Assembly: GCF_009914755.1 (NCBI RefSeq)
Contig: NC_060933.1
DNA from: the human T2T-CHM13v2.0 reference genome, Homo sapiens
Length of the DNA: 64,000 nt
Direction: 5' to 3' (one strand)
Shown here: positions 28,601 through 46,998 of the stretch, one piece after another
Position numbering within the stretch: the stretch's first letter is position 1
Layout of the letters: the number at the start of each line of letters is the position of its first letter
Translations under genes and position numbers: made by a program
Notes under the pieces: generated by a model
Database searches by the model: none
What the model was told of the DNA's origin: nothing
Seen by the model: the letters and a program-made list of their open reading frames with translations, nothing else

Positions 28601-30534
28601 AAGTCTTCTGGCTGAAATCCTATTGCCCATATCTGATGCTTTCCACCACTGCAGAATTCTTTAGTACCAACACTGCAGTGTGCGTGACGGACAAAAGAGC
28701 CTGTTATCCCTGTGTGACTAGACGTGGGCCTGTCAGCTTGCTTTTTGGGTTATTGTTCTTATCCCAGAGGTGGAGCTGCGTTCTTCCATTCTGAGGGACG
28801 TACTTCAGGACATTGGGCCCTTTGAAAGAGCCTTCAGACCACAAGGGTACCTTTCTAGTGAATCAGAACACCAGGGTGCACCGCCCATGGGGGGTGATTT
28901 TCTGGAGCAGACAGCTTGCTTCCCATGTGTGCTATTTATCCAAGGCAAGTCATGCTGCACCGAGATAGTCACTTGAGGTTTGCACCGAACAGGATAATGG
29001 TTTCTTTTCCCTAGAGCTGTTTAATCAGCAACCTTGGAACAGATGCAGGCAGGCATGATCTAGTGTGACAGCTCATTAGCTAGGGGTTGATCTAAAATAC
29101 TGTTCAAATGGGCAAGGAAAGGCCTGCGTATGGGATATGTGATTTGCAGAATTTGAGATTCATCCAAAGAGGGAGAATCTGCCTAAGATGCCTCTGTCTA
29201 AAAGCTAGTATGTGCCAGGTGGGTTTGTTTCATTCCAGGTAGAGCACAGGGAGCTTATGTGACCAGGCAGTGTCCACCATTGGGCAACACATCACACTTC
29301 CCTTGGCGTCTTGCCTCCTCCCTCCCCGTCTGGCACAGACTCTCCCATCAGCCGTTTGGGCACCTGGGGACTTCTGAGCCCACAGCGTCATCCAGCAGAC
29401 CGTCTGCGGAGGTTCCTTCCTGTGAGGGCCGCACTCGAGGGGGTGTATTGGGTGGGATCGTATCACTGGAATGAGTGAACATCGTTAGAGGGAGCTCCCA
29501 CAGCTATGCGTGTGACCGTGTGGCTCGCCGCTGAAAAATGCTGCTCACATAGCAGAACTTCGATGCAATCCTTTTTGGATTTCTAAGGGGAAATTTTAAG
29601 ACCGATAGGAGGAATAGGCTGGGGTTGAATAAGTTTGGTTCTTATTTTTAAATTAGCTCATCTTTAGAAAACAACTGAATTTAGAAGATTCTTCTGTAAG
29701 GCCCCAAAGGATTTCTTTCTGCCTCCCCGCTCTTGGCTCTTATTTGTGTCTCTCCTCGTGTTCTGAGCTTTTCAGCAGCCCTTGTGGGTCATCAGCCGAG
29801 GACCATCAGCTCGGGGCCCAGAGCTGGGGACTGGGAGTTATGAGCTGGACTCTTGAAGGGGCCAATACTAAACCGAGCCGTTGCCATTTCCTAGGAGCCT
29901 TGACAGGCTCAAACATCTCTGGGTACCCGGGGATTTGACTGTCATTGTTCTGATCCTTTCCCAAAGTTGTAACCCTCTGTTGACATAGCGGAATTGAAGA
30001 TTGATTTTTCTTCACCACCTTCTGCCTAAAGTTCTTAGTTCTGAATGTGTCCACACCTCATTGACTTCTATGAGATGCCCCTGTCACGTTCCTCGATTCC
30101 TTCTAGTCCTTAATAGAGTCTTTCCTTTTCTTGAAAGAAATTTGCCCAGTTGACATTTATTTTCATCGTCTGCTGAAGTGACAGATCCAAGGCCCTAAGC
30201 TTCAGCAGAGTTGCAGGAAGGGACCATTTACACAGCCTCTTAGATGTTTAAGGTTTACCCGCCCTGACAGTGGCTCAGCAGGCGTAGGCCTCCTGGTGAA
30301 AAGCCGAGCACATGGCTAACCTGCTCTGGTGGAGGGGCTTTGGACCGTTCTTGTGTACTGCGAGGCTTGCCTTCCTGCTGGTGTGTGAGCAGCTCTCGGG
30401 GGAACTTGCTTCCTGGCTGAGCAACCTGTAAACAGTATGTCTGAGGTGGGACTCCCGGGCCCAAAGCAGCCAAAGGTTGCACAAGTCTAAGCTCCGTTAG
30501 GCCTGTCAGTGTGGCTGTCAAAAGAAACGCTGTT

Positions 30535-30850
<316 letters not shown>

Positions 30851-33069
30851 AAAATGCTGTTTCTAAGCGTTTCTTTGACAAGTCCCATCCTTCAGGTTCA
30901 TGCATGATTAGGGAGAGGCAGCAGCCCTGACTGAGCACCTGAGTGTTCATGGAACCAGGTGCATAGCGTAATGACATGCCATTCATGACACTACTTTCTT
31001 CCCTGAACATGCCATGAATTCCTGATGATTACACAGTTCCCCAACAAGTGCTGCTCAAAACCTGGAACTAATCAGAAGGAAGCACCAGCCTTGACTGTTA
31101 GTGGGACACGGGGAAGATGGCTGTGAACCAAATATGCGGTGCCTTTGGGGGAGAATGGTTTTAGTATTTAGTAAGTGTCAGTATGTAAGTTTTATGTTGA
31201 AAAATGAACTAAGTCACAACAAGGTCTATAAATTTAATTATTGAAAAGGATAAAGTTGGGCCATTCAGTGAAACCTCCTGTAACTGAAGTCTCTAACACA
31301 GTAGCCAATGGGGGAATCAAATGAGCCCAAGAAGAAATTCTGCGTAAACTAGGACTTAGGGGAGCCCTTAGCATTCCACTTTGGAGTGAAGGAACCCGAT
31401 CCGCCAGTTGGGGAACGCTCCTTTGAGGCCCATGTGCTTCCTGCTCCGACGGGAGAGAGGGATAATGAGACTTGCTCCCAGGTGCCCTGCCCTGGAGCCC
31501 AGCAGGCCACACGGGCTCTTTGACTCTGTACTGTGCCAGTGATTTCCAAGATGGGAGTGGTGCTCTGATTGCAGGAATGTCTTCTTGGAATGGCTTTTCT
31601 CACTTCTCTAGAGTCCTTGGTAGGGAGCACATCATCAGCTGAGCTAACGTGAGAACAGGGGTTGGAGCACTTGCCACCGGCAGTGAAGTAATCGGACAGC
31701 TGACAGTCTTTTCCAGAGGGTCGGGGATTGGGAGCTGACCCCAGGTCCCGCTCCGTTTTCTTTGTGTGCAGCACTTGTGTTGGTGACCAGCAGTGAAGAG
31801 AGTGCGTGGACGTCACCGTGTGGTTATGAAGCTAACGGCAGCCCTCAGCGGTGCCGACTTCCGCTCCCCGACACATTCCTGTGTGCACGTTCGTGGGTCT
31901 GAGCGTGACTCATGGTGTGTGTCCCTAGAGCAGTTCACTCAGAGGCTTCTCTTCCGTGCTCTCAAGAATAAAAGCAGGGCCGCCACATCCTGATAAGTCT
32001 TGCCATTCAGCGGTCCTGTCTTGCAGAGGGATAAGCCAGTGTCCCCAGGCCACAGTCCTTACACCTTGAGCAAGTTCCCCAGAGTGAAGCAATCTTTCTA
32101 GACAAGTTTTGCGTTTCTCAGAATTTTATTTTAGTGATATTGTTACCAAAAGATTGTAACCCCAAAATGTGTGCCTTTGGCTTGCCTGTTTTAGGAATTC
32201 ACTTGTGTTATCTCCCCAAGCAAAACAAAAGAAAGAGAAACCTTCCTGTTGACGAATCCTTTTTACCTTCTTGAGAGTTGTCAATGGGACTAACTTGTAT
32301 ATTTCTTTGCTACCTTCTTTTAAAAACATTTTTCTTATTTACTATTACAGACGTATAGTAATGGTGCCTGACATAACCCACAGCCAAAGGCCTTGGCCTT
32401 GCTGTGTGTATTTCAGGCTTTTTCTTCCCTTTTCTTTTTTTTTAAGTAATAAGATATTACAGTTATAGCTGAAGCCTGATCCTGTTCCCTTTTCTCCCTC
32501 TCGTCCCAAGCATCACCACTGTCCCAAATCTGCTCCTTCTTCCCACATCTTTGCAGTTTGGGCAAGTCTTCTGAATGCCTAGTCATGATTTTAAGTCTTC
32601 TTTCCACCTTCAGTGATGGTTGGCTACCCTGAGCAAGCCAGTAGATTCAGTTATGTGCCTGGAGTCCAGATGTTTTATGTGGATTTTTCATGTGGAATTG
32701 TTTTTGGTAAGGAAGTATTCCCTTGCCACACCAATGAAAAGAGAAGAAAACAGGTAGCTGGCACCCACTGCATTGTTGCTTTCTGCCAGCCTGCTCCTTC
32801 TCCTTCCTCTCCAGCTCTGTTGTGTCCAGATGCAAACTCTACATGCAGGGTTTGACCCTAGGTCCTCACCTGCTGTAGCTCTCACACGGGGACCGAATGC
32901 TCTTGTGTCGTAAATCCTTCCTTTTGCTTCCTCGTGTTGGATGTGTTTAGTGGTTTTCATCTTCTGGTCACTATTTCATTCTAGGTTTATCCCCTTTAAA
33001 TTATAAATTAAATGAATTCTTCGCTTTTCCTACCAGCAACTACCCACCAAGTTCTACCATGTGTTAATT

Positions 33070-33420
33070 TAATCAACAGTTATTTATTGAGTACTTATTA
33101 CATGTTGATTTCCTGTTCTCAACATTGGAATGAAGACAGCTTAGGGTTCTGCTTTCATGAAGCTTGCATGCTCTTAGGTGGAGACAGACAGTAATTAAGC
33201 AGATAAACAGGAAATTATGAGCTAGTAGTGGGTCCATTGCTGAGAAGTAAGACAGGTGGTAGGATGACCCGTGCCGTGTGATGACTTTAGATTGGGTGGT
33301 TGGGGAAGACTTCACGGACCTTAAAACTGGCCTTGGAACGGGAAGCGAGAACTGGGCACGGAAGATGAGGGAGTGGGAGATTTCAGGCAGAGGGAGCAGC
33401 AGCAGGTACAGAGGCCCTGA
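33070..33420 (-). mobile_element. L2 3' end
   Basis: tcaacagttatttattgagtacttatta...catgaagcttgcatgct...ggagacagaca pattern. Confidence 0.8.
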
Positions 33421-33455
33421 GGCCTTTTATTGTGTCTTTTTGCTTGAGCGAGTAA

Positions 33456-33965
<510 letters not shown>

Positions 33966-35117
33966 TAGGCGATGCATCTGCCTGGAAGTCTACCTCCTGC
34001 CTGCTGTCCGAGGGCTTCATTGGCGCCACGGAATTGACTTTTCCGTCTTATATCATTCCTGTGTCTTTGTAGGAGTGGAATCATTCTCATAGTCCGAGTG
34101 TGTTTCCACATATGGTGAGAGCTGACAAGCATGGAGGGGTTTTGGTGTAAAAAGATTAGTCATTTGGAGAGGTTTTCTCATTTTATGGCAAGGTTCTTTT
34201 AAAGCCGTGGATTTCCATGCTGTTCGTGCGGCATGGAGATCACTTCCTACCGAGAGTTAAGGAGGAAAAAAAGATCTCTGAGTTTTGAAAGAAGATTTAA
34301 CCAAAATGCATTTGACTCTTCTGTGGATTTTTGTTGGCTGATTTGGAAGGCAGGTGCCCTGGGCATCCCCAGTGGGTTCCAATTCTGCAGCTGCCCAGAC
34401 TCCTGCAGGCAGAGGTGGAAGTGTCCCCGCTAGAAAGGCATCCAGGAAACTCGCTTTTGACCAACTCAGATACAGTCTGGTCTTTCTTGTTAACTGGGAC
34501 TTTACCCTCTCCACTAATGAATAGTGTTTGTAGTTTCCAGGCAGGTTTTTTTCTTCTTTTGAAGTTCTTTGAAACCCTTAGGACGCCAAGGGAAGGAAGT
34601 TTTCATTTTCAGCCCTTTGCATTCTTCAAAATGTGATCCAGGCTTTTCCCTGTGGCGAGGGTGTCCCCTAGTGTTGACTTACATTATTTCCACTTGTTTT
34701 AAATGAACTTTGATTACCTTGACCTGTGCACAGAAATCAAGAGAGGCAGCCCCTTTTTAGAGCTGTTAGAAAAGAACTGAAACATCCACCTCTGGGAAAA
34801 ATAGAGTTTAGTTTGTGCATGTGTCTCAGAAGTCAGGTGCACACATTGAGACTGGTGCAGCCACATGCCTGCCTTTTAGGGACTCCTTGACTGACCTGAT
34901 GCCTTCACCCAAAGGCATAGTGAAATGGGAAGTATGATTTCTGACTGGTATGAAGTGGCTGCTTTAGAGAAAAGATCACATTCTTTAGTCCTAGAAACCA
35001 AAGGTGGCTTCCTGATGCTCTTATTCAGCACGTGCCTGTCTTTGAGGCAGGACTGGCACTGGGGTGGGGGCATGGTTTGGGGTTACCTTAAGGACCCTGG
35101 ATATTTCTCAGATAGGA

Positions 35118-35418
35118 CTTTTTCTTTTCTTTTTTTGAGACGGAGTCTTACTCTGTTGCCTAGGCTGGAGTGCAGTGGCATGATCTCAGCTCACTGCAAC
35201 CTCCGCCTCCCCAAATTGGCGATTCTCCTTCCTCAGCCTCACGAGTAGCTGGGATTACAGGCACCCGCCACCACACCCAGCTAATTTTTGTATTTTTAGT
35301 AGAGATGGGGTTTCGCTGTGTTGGCCTGGCTGGTCTCAAACTCCTGACCTCAAGTGATCTGCCTACCTCAGCCTCCCAGAGTGCTGGGATTATAGGCATG
35401 AGCCACCACACCCGGCCC
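35118..35418 (-). mobile_element. Alu
   Basis: TSD ggactttt. Confidence 0.95.
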
Positions 35419-36337
35419 TGGACTTTTTCTTAATTGAATAAATATTTATCAAGTTCTTCACTTCTATTTGACGGTTCCTGGGCTCAACACTGGATTAGAA
35501 AATGAATGGGACAGAGTTCTTCATCTGAGACATAGGGTGGTCCAGGTAGTAGGAGGAAGAAGGATTGCAGCGCAGCAGTCCTCGGGACACCACCAGGGGG
35601 TGAACGAAGGAGGGACGGGGGAGCTGTGCAGGTGCCCCAGCTCCTTGGGTTGCACAGGGTTGAAGACCAGACCCAAGAAATGGGGCCTTGACCAGCTCAG
35701 CAAACTGAGAATGGCCTAGATTTCAGCACACTTTCACCAGGATTTGTCAAATGAAGGAAGATTCCAAGCGCAAAATACCCTAGATTTCAACCAGTAAAAG
35801 CTTGTCTGAAAACTTCCAAGATCGGGTTGTACAACTTGACATTTGAGGAAACGCTACTTCAGTAGATGGTGCTGTGGCATTGTTTTCTGAACAACTGAAG
35901 GAGGAGACTCCAGAGAAGGGTACCTGCTGGAGACCTGTGTGGTTTGTGGGGTGGGTTTCTTATATCACTGAATCTAAAGTGGGTGCCTTTCAGAATGTGC
36001 TTTACTAATAATGTGTTACTCTGCTTTTAATTATACTTCTAATAATTTTTCCCAAGAGCCTAATTAACTTACGATCTCACAGTTGGTAAAGAATTACAGG
36101 ATGTCATTGCGTGGATTTCTGTGGGCAGTCACCCGGAGTGGTATCTAATTAGGGAAAAGGCAGTATGTCCCTTTCTGGAAGTGTGTTAACTGAAAATACG
36201 GTACTAAGCAACTGCTAAATAAATTAGCCCTCCTTCCTCCTGGCCGTGCGCAGAAACATCCCTGCAGTATGTTGCCTATTTGTCAAATAAGATTAGTGTA
36301 AATATGGGGCATTTACCTTTGCTATAGAAGCTGAAAT

Positions 36338-36641
<304 letters not shown>

Positions 36642-36781
36642 GCTGAAATCCTTGAGTGGATTCTAAATCATGGCAGTGGCTAACATTCAGCTTCATCGTG
36701 CCCTTGCTGTGTGCCTGGCAGAGACCTCTGTGCTTACTACATGTCGCATCTCATTGAATCCTCACAACCTTAAGATCCTTC

Positions 36782-37016
36782 CAGGTTGAGCATCCCGGAC
36801 CCTAAAATCCCAAATCCTAAATGCTCCCAAATCCAAAACTTTTTGAGCACCGGCATGCAGCTCAGAGGAAATGCATACTGGAACATTTCAGATTTTGGAT
36901 TTTCTAATTTGGAGTGCTCATCTGGTAATATAGTGTGGATATTCCCCAATCTGCAAAGATCTGAGCTCCGAAACACTTGTAGCCCCAAGCCTTTCAGTTA
37001 AGGGACATTCACCCTG
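36782..37016. mobile_element. Tigger4a/MER46A (Zombi) MITE inserted in a MIR
   Basis: TIRs caggttgagcatccc...gggacattcaccctg followed by TA; internal inverted repeats. Confidence 0.88.
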
Positions 37017-37717
37017 TATCAACATTTTAATGCTGAGAAAATGGAAGAGAGAGAGGTTAAGTGACTGACCTGGCATCACACAGCCAGGAGTGGCAGCATC
37101 AGGATTTGAACTGGGGCACTCAGCTCCAAAGCTCAGCTCTTCTTTTTTAAAATTGAACCCAGATTCTTATTTCTCAAATACCATAAAATATTTACATAAG
37201 CCACAGTTATGCCTTTTAAAAAAAAATCACCTTTTCCCCCCACTCTCCCATTTACTTCCTTTGCAGTTTGTGGCTACGATCTACCTTCCTCTTCAAAACC
37301 CTTGAAAAATCCTTGCAGCCTTGCCCAAGCGTCCTTCCCTCAGCCGATTTTTGGGCCTCAGTTTCCTCCCATCCAGCCTGTTTCCTATCGCTGGCTTCTC
37401 CAAGGGCAGAGCCAGAGTCCTCTTTTGCCAGCAGGGGGAGCAAGGGCCTACTTTTAACCGCAACTCCATAGTGAACAAGTCAAGCAACCTTGGGTCATTC
37501 ATATACCTTCCAGGCAGAAGGAAGACAGAAGAGAACAGGAAAAAAGCAGGACACTAGGCTGACCCCTGCAGATGGGAAGCTGGAATTACAGCAAAGGCTC
37601 ATTGATTGGGAACTGCACCCTTGAATTTTGATAGTATTGGGCAGGACATAGTCTTGCTATCTGTGTTAAAGGGAGGACGTGCTTAAGAAAACCAACAGTC
37701 AAGTACAAGAAGCTCTA

Positions 37718-37848
37718 ATTTTTTTTGAGGTGGGGGAACGGGGTCTCACTGTGTTGCCCAGCTGGCCTCAAACTCCTGGCTCAAGCAGTCCTCCCACCTC
37801 AGCCTCCTGAGTAGCAGGGATCACAGGCTTGTGCCACTGTGCCCAGCT
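37718..37848 (-). mobile_element. Alu monomer (FLAM-like)
   Basis: Single monomer. Confidence 0.85.
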
Positions 37849-38698
37849 AAGAGGCTGCAATTTTTTAATGAACTGTATTCAGAGTTTGTACATCAGTGTC
37901 TTTTTTTTCTATGAATCAGTTCTCTAAGTAATAGAATTTGGAAAAGACCGCTGGTGATCTAGCTGTGGCATTTAGATTGACTCATGAGCTAACTGACAAA
38001 TTTACTACTTAAACAGTGGAAAATAATGTGCAGGATATATTTTTTTGAATAGGTTGTCCCACCCTCGAGTTCTGTGTCTTTCCTGAGTCCGCATATGTGA
38101 ACCTTGTTTTAACCAGGTGACAGCATCCCATAGGCACGGATCTCTGTCTTCTGTTGTCCACATCATGTGTCTTGGCAGTTGTTCCTTATTGATATACATA
38201 AGGTTGTCTTGTTTTTGTATGGATATATTTTAACATGTACCAGTGTTCAGTGGGCCTTTCTCTTATTTCCAATATTTTGCTGTTCTAAACAGCAGCACAG
38301 TGATTCCCCTCATTTGCATGTATGTGAAACTATCCTGGTGGGTCCGCTTCCAGAAACTACTGGATCAGGGACCATGTGCATTTATGGCCTTGACCATACT
38401 GCCAGAGTACCTTCCAAGGAGTTTGTGTCATCAATTTGCACTCCCCAGTGGTGTTGAGAGAGTGCCTGTTTCCTCCACCCAGCACAGTGTGTTTCGGTTT
38501 TATTTCTCCCAGGAAATGGGTGTTAGTTGGGGAGCTCCAGAAAGAAGCCGAGAAGAAGGGCAGTCGTACCCTTGGCAGTTGTACGCAGTGGCTCTCTGGC
38601 CGCACAAGGAGGGCTCGGAGCCTGCTGTTGCCAGGTTGCACTTGCTCTTGCAAGACAGGCATTCCTTGCAGTGGGTTCTCCTCTGGCCAGGGAGATGA

Positions 38699-39130
<432 letters not shown>

Positions 39131-39339
39131 GTCTCTTCAGTGTATTTAGCTGTGTTGATCCTGATTCATCTGATGGGTGAAGGAATATTGGAAATAAGGA
39201 TAATCCCTGTGGTGTTTCACTGTGCCTGTAACCTCTCTCACCTAGCATTTGGTTAACCAGAAACAGATGTGGAAACTGATCTATCTGTAGATAATGGCCC
39301 TGCTCAGGGAGGGGGTCCCTGCTGAGAGCGAGACATTGA

Positions 39340-39741
<402 letters not shown>

Positions 39742-39758
39742 TAGAAAATACCTATGAG

Positions 39759-40140
<382 letters not shown>

Positions 40141-40684
40141 CTACAAGCTATCTGTTCGGTCTACTCAGGAATAGAGATAAACTGCCTTAATAGTAATAAA
40201 AGCAAGCACCGCTGAGTGAGTGCTGGCCTCATGCCAGGAACTGCTCTTGGCACTCTGTGCACAAGGGAGATACTGACATTCTTTCTGTTGTGCAGATGAG
40301 AAAACAGGCTCAGAGAAGGTGAGTAACTTACCATGGTCACACAGCAGCAGAGCTAGGTCAGTATAATCCACAAGTCATTCTCTTAACCGCTCCGCCGTAC
40401 CGCCCAGAATGTTCATCTGCATCTGGGCCAGCCTCGTCAGTCCGTGCAAAGAGGCCAGTTGACCCATCTCCCTCCCTAACAAGCACAGAAGAGACCAGGC
40501 TGAAAATTCATAGCTTTCACTCAAAGTGTTTCCTTCACCTCATTCATCTGAGTTAGCTTTATTTTACTATATAAAGAGAATTTTCTTCAGCAAAATGATA
40601 GGAATTTTTTTAATGAAAGTAAAGGAATGTCACAGAATTGCGTCAGGGATATTTCCAGTTTAACACAACTACAAACGTAGGCTG

Positions 40685-40986
<302 letters not shown>

Positions 40987-42968
40987 GCTGTTGTTAATAG
41001 TTAAAATTATAAATTGGACAAGGTCTGATTCCAGCAGGGGGAGACAAATTCACATTGATTTTTCTATAAGAAAAGGAATTATTTGTACTTTCCTCCCTTG
41101 TGTGTTTGTGTGTATGTAAGAGAGACAGATGAGAAGAGGGCTGCCTTTGAGAGCCATGTTCCTTTTGCATGTACATACCTCTCAAGATTATTACATGGGT
41201 CTTTTAGAAGAGGGTCAGTAGCTATAAAAGCAAATGATATTTATGAAATGATTTCATTGTATGTGGTTTATTATGTAGTCTTCAAAACAGAAAAACCCCA
41301 CTTGCTTCGAAAGCTTCCTTTGAGAGCTACTTTTTAACCATATTGTTGATCAAGCAAGATTCTTAAAGCCCCAGTCCTATACGTGAGCAGCATTGAATCC
41401 CCGGATACTGGCAGGCGTTCACTGTCCAGCCTTTGACATTAGCATGTCACCCTGGTAAATCAGAGCACTCCATGCCAAAAAACAGCATGGTCTGCTGAGC
41501 ACATTAAGGAGCAGAGAGGGCTCAGAAGAATTAAACGGCCAATGGGGTGGTGACAGAGGTGAGCTCTTTCCCCCTCGGACAGCTTGGCATGGTGACTACC
41601 AATGAGGTTTAATTGACATTAAGAGCAGCTCACCATTTTTAAAGAGCGATAAATTGTTTCCAAGTTTCAGCCTCACGGAGCCCTGAGCTAAGAGATAATG
41701 GGCTGACACATAGCCTCATTGGTCACGCTTCACTTGTAAACAGGATTGGCCAAAGCAAGAAGGCTGTAAGTAAAGGTTGGCCCGTCCTCTGGAAGCCTCC
41801 CCCACAGCAGGGTGGGGAACTGGGGCAGCCATAGCAAGCAGGACCATCAGGACACGGTGTCTCCCAAACGGGCCGGAACATACAAGGTTCTACGTTTAAT
41901 AGAAAGTTGATCAAGCCTTCCTCTTTGGGGAGCCTAATTTTTAAGCCATTCACTCTCTGTTCCCCTGCAGTCTTTTCTCTCCAAACTCTGTTGAAACTTG
42001 GAGGCATCTCGCTTCCTCCTTTGGCCTTTGTAGCCAGGTTTTCGCAGCAAACAGACCATATCATTTAACACCCACCTGCTTCTTGTTCTGATAGTCAGTT
42101 CAGTAGACAGTAGCATTTTTTAAGTCAAAAAGAGGCTTAGTGATGTAGGCCAAGGTCAAGGCTCTGTGTCATGGGGCTCTCCCCAGGGCTCAGTGCCACG
42201 GCACTTCAGACTTGACCCCAGACTGAAAAGATGAGAGGACCTGTAGAAGTCACGGCCTGTCTGTCCCGGGCCCATGCTCCTATCTTTTTCTCCCCCTTGG
42301 CATTTAGATACCATGGACTTGTTAAAATGTGACATGTACTGATGATCCTTATGAATTTGTTGGTAGGGGAGCTGCTGGTGAGGATTATTTTAGACTGTGA
42401 GTAATTGACCTGACAGACAGTGATGACTGCTTCATTAAGAGCCCACGACCACGTGCCAGAATAGTTCAGCATCCTCTGTTGCTACTGTACTTTGAGACAT
42501 CGTTCTTCTTTGTGATGCAATACCTCTTTCTTGTCATGAGGGTCTCTTCCCTTAAATCAGGTACATTTCAGATTCTTCAGGTGATGTTTTTTAGGCTGAG
42601 TGTGTTAGCACCCCTTGGAAACCAGGTTCCCTGGGGAAAGTGTGTCACGTTTGTGGTGTTTGCCCGTATAGCTCTCCCACACCCCCACGAGCTCCAAGAG
42701 GTGGGGAAGCACATGTGGCCTGCCTAGCAGGCACCAGAAGCAGGTTGTCGGCACATGCAAGCCAGCTTTGCCCTGTTGCCTGGGGGAGAATTGAAAAGTT
42801 TGGCCCCAAAGGGGAAAATTCTTTCTGCCATCAAGTTGCTGGTCAGCTGTCATGGAACCTGTCTGCAGCAATGTGGCTGTCACAAAACGCAGCCCAGGAC
42901 GAGTATGCGCTGAAGCTCCATTTTGCATTAACTAGTCAAGTACTTACCCACTGAAAAGCACTTCCTGA

Positions 42969-43091
<123 letters not shown>

Positions 43092-43536
43092 TAAGCCCGG
43101 GGCTCTGAAGAGAGGGTCTCGCGCCGCACCCCCAGGGTGACACAGGCGCTGGGGAAGACGCACGGGCGGCTCACTGCACAAAACCTCGTTGGAATATTTG
43201 TGCTCTGCCGACGTTCAGCCGCGGGTAAAATGAGGCCTGTATGGGATGGGTGTGTGCGTGTGTGCACATATGCACATGTATGTATGAGAGGGAGAATGTG
43301 ATTATTTTAAGTGGATACCTAAAAGCAGTCAAATGCAAATCTGAAATTAGTTTCTGAAACTTGGGCATTTTCCAGAGTTTTCTCACTGAAGTGATTCTGT
43401 AAGTAGACACATAACCATCAGACCTAACCATTCAGGGGTAAACTGACGGTGGTGAAGGTCATTTGAGGTGGGGCCAGGTCTGCGTCTGAATTCTGTGGCA
43501 GCCTCTCCCTGCGTAAATTCAAGTTCACTGGCTTGA

Positions 43537-43911
<375 letters not shown>

Positions 43912-45723
43912 TAGGGGCCTGGCCAGGCAGCCTGCGCCATGGAGTCACAGGGCGTGGAGCCGGGCAGCCTTTTACAAAAAGCCCCAGCCTAGGAGGTCTC
44001 AGGGCGCAGCTTCTAACCTCAGTGCTGGCAACACATTGGACCTTGGAACAAAGGCAAACACTAGGCTCCTGGCAAAGCCAGCTTTGGGCATGCATCCAGG
44101 GCTAAATTCAGCCAGGCCTAGACTCTGGACCAGTGGAGCAGCTAATCCCCGGAGTAAGGAATATTTCATTTTTGAACCATTTTGGGCTAAGTGGAATATT
44201 AAATGAAGTTCATAAAAGGCGTCCTTCCTAATAATCACAGTCCCCTCTGAAAGAGAGTACTCATTGTTCCTCCGGGGCCAGCGCCCAGCAGTAATGGCCT
44301 CTTCCTGGGAGCCGCTGGCATTGCTTTTACGCAAACTCATGGGAACAACCAGTACATGGCTTTTGTTTTTTAGTGTGTGTGTCTTTTTTTCCTGCTTTCT
44401 CTTTATTATCTTTTCATTCTCCACTTAACTTGCTGTCCTCTGATTCAGGGATGTTTCCACAATTGTCAGAATTGTGTATGTGGAGGTCTAAATTAAGTGT
44501 CTTTGCTGTTTTAAACCCTGAAGTGTTTTGACCTTCAAATGTGCCACAATTATCTTGGTCTTCAAATTCTTTGCTGGTGGAAATGGCTTCCCAGCAAAGC
44601 GACGGCCTGTGCAGGACAGAGCCTGATGGGCTTTGCTGGCGTCTTTTATACGAGATGTTCTCCACACCACCACTGTGACCTTTCCTACCCAATTAGCTCA
44701 AGTATGAAACCTCTACATGAGATTTCATAGCAAGGAATAAGGGTAGCATGTGTGAAATGCTGGCGGCTCCTTGTAAGACAGATTTTCTATGCTCCATGAG
44801 AGCCTGATCCAGATACTCCTGGCTTTCAGGAAAGTGAATCCTCTGATGCTGCAAATTGAGATTGCTTGACTTCTGGTTTGCCTGGCACGGCCGGGTCCGT
44901 TCCTTCTTCATTCAAGCGAACTTAAAATGCTTTATCAAAATCCTCTTAGGCACAACTCTTCTGTATTTAATTTCACTCTTGTTGCTGACGATCAGGCTAT
45001 CTCACGCAGCCATCACCTCAAGCTGCTGCCCCCTCTCATTCCGCTCTTCCCGTTTGCCTTGTGATTTCATGGTTAATGTTCATGAACCAAAGATTAGACT
45101 CCTACCTCCCTGGGAGAATCAGGAAGTGAGAGGAAGCAGATTATACAGGAGAGAGTTTTTTAGGATACATTTGGGTACACCTCAGGAAGAAAGAGGGAAG
45201 TAGGAAACACAGTTTGGGTAAAGAATGCCATGGGCTTTGTTTTATTTTGTCCCATCAAGTCTGAATAGGACAAGTGGAGATGCACTCTGATAGAAGTTTC
45301 TTGCAATCAAGGACTGGGCTCAGTGTTTGTCTCCGTGCCTGGCATAGAGTAGCAATAACTGCACTTACTATTCTCGACACTTCAATCAAAGCACTTAGCA
45401 TATTAATTAATTACACTCACAGCAACCCTAAGAGGTAGGTGCCATTATTATCGTCTTCATTTTACGGATGAGGTAACTGAGTCCCAGGGTAATTAACTTG
45501 CTCCAGGTCATGAGGCCAGGGAGCCCGCTCCCAGCACCAGCCTCTCCCCATGTTGGGATCTCAGGGTGTGTTTGCTGAGAGGCTGGCACTGTGTTAATTG
45601 CCGTGGGCATTAATACAAACTTCCAGGGCATTGGACTCAATCTTTCCATTGTCAGCATTGCACCTTTGCTCAGCAGTGGTGGATTTGTGAAGTGGAAGGT
45701 TGGCCAGGAGCTCTCATGGGTGA

Positions 45724-46334
<611 letters not shown>

Positions 46335-46512
46335 TAACTGTGTATTTGGCCTGAGGTCCAAATATGGTGCACAGTGTATCTGCTGATCTGTTAAGTCTCC
46401 TCTATAAGCCCCCTCTCCATGTCTTTATTTCCCTTGCTGTTTATTGAAGAAACCATCCTTAGAGTTTCGTACGTTCTGGGTTTTGCTCATTGTCTCCCAT
46501 GGTGTGATTTAA

Positions 46513-46998
<486 letters not shown>

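Noticed and set aside
42420-42600. Possible C/D-box snoRNA (GTGATGA at ~42420)
   Set aside because: No suitably spaced CTGA D box with a terminal stem.
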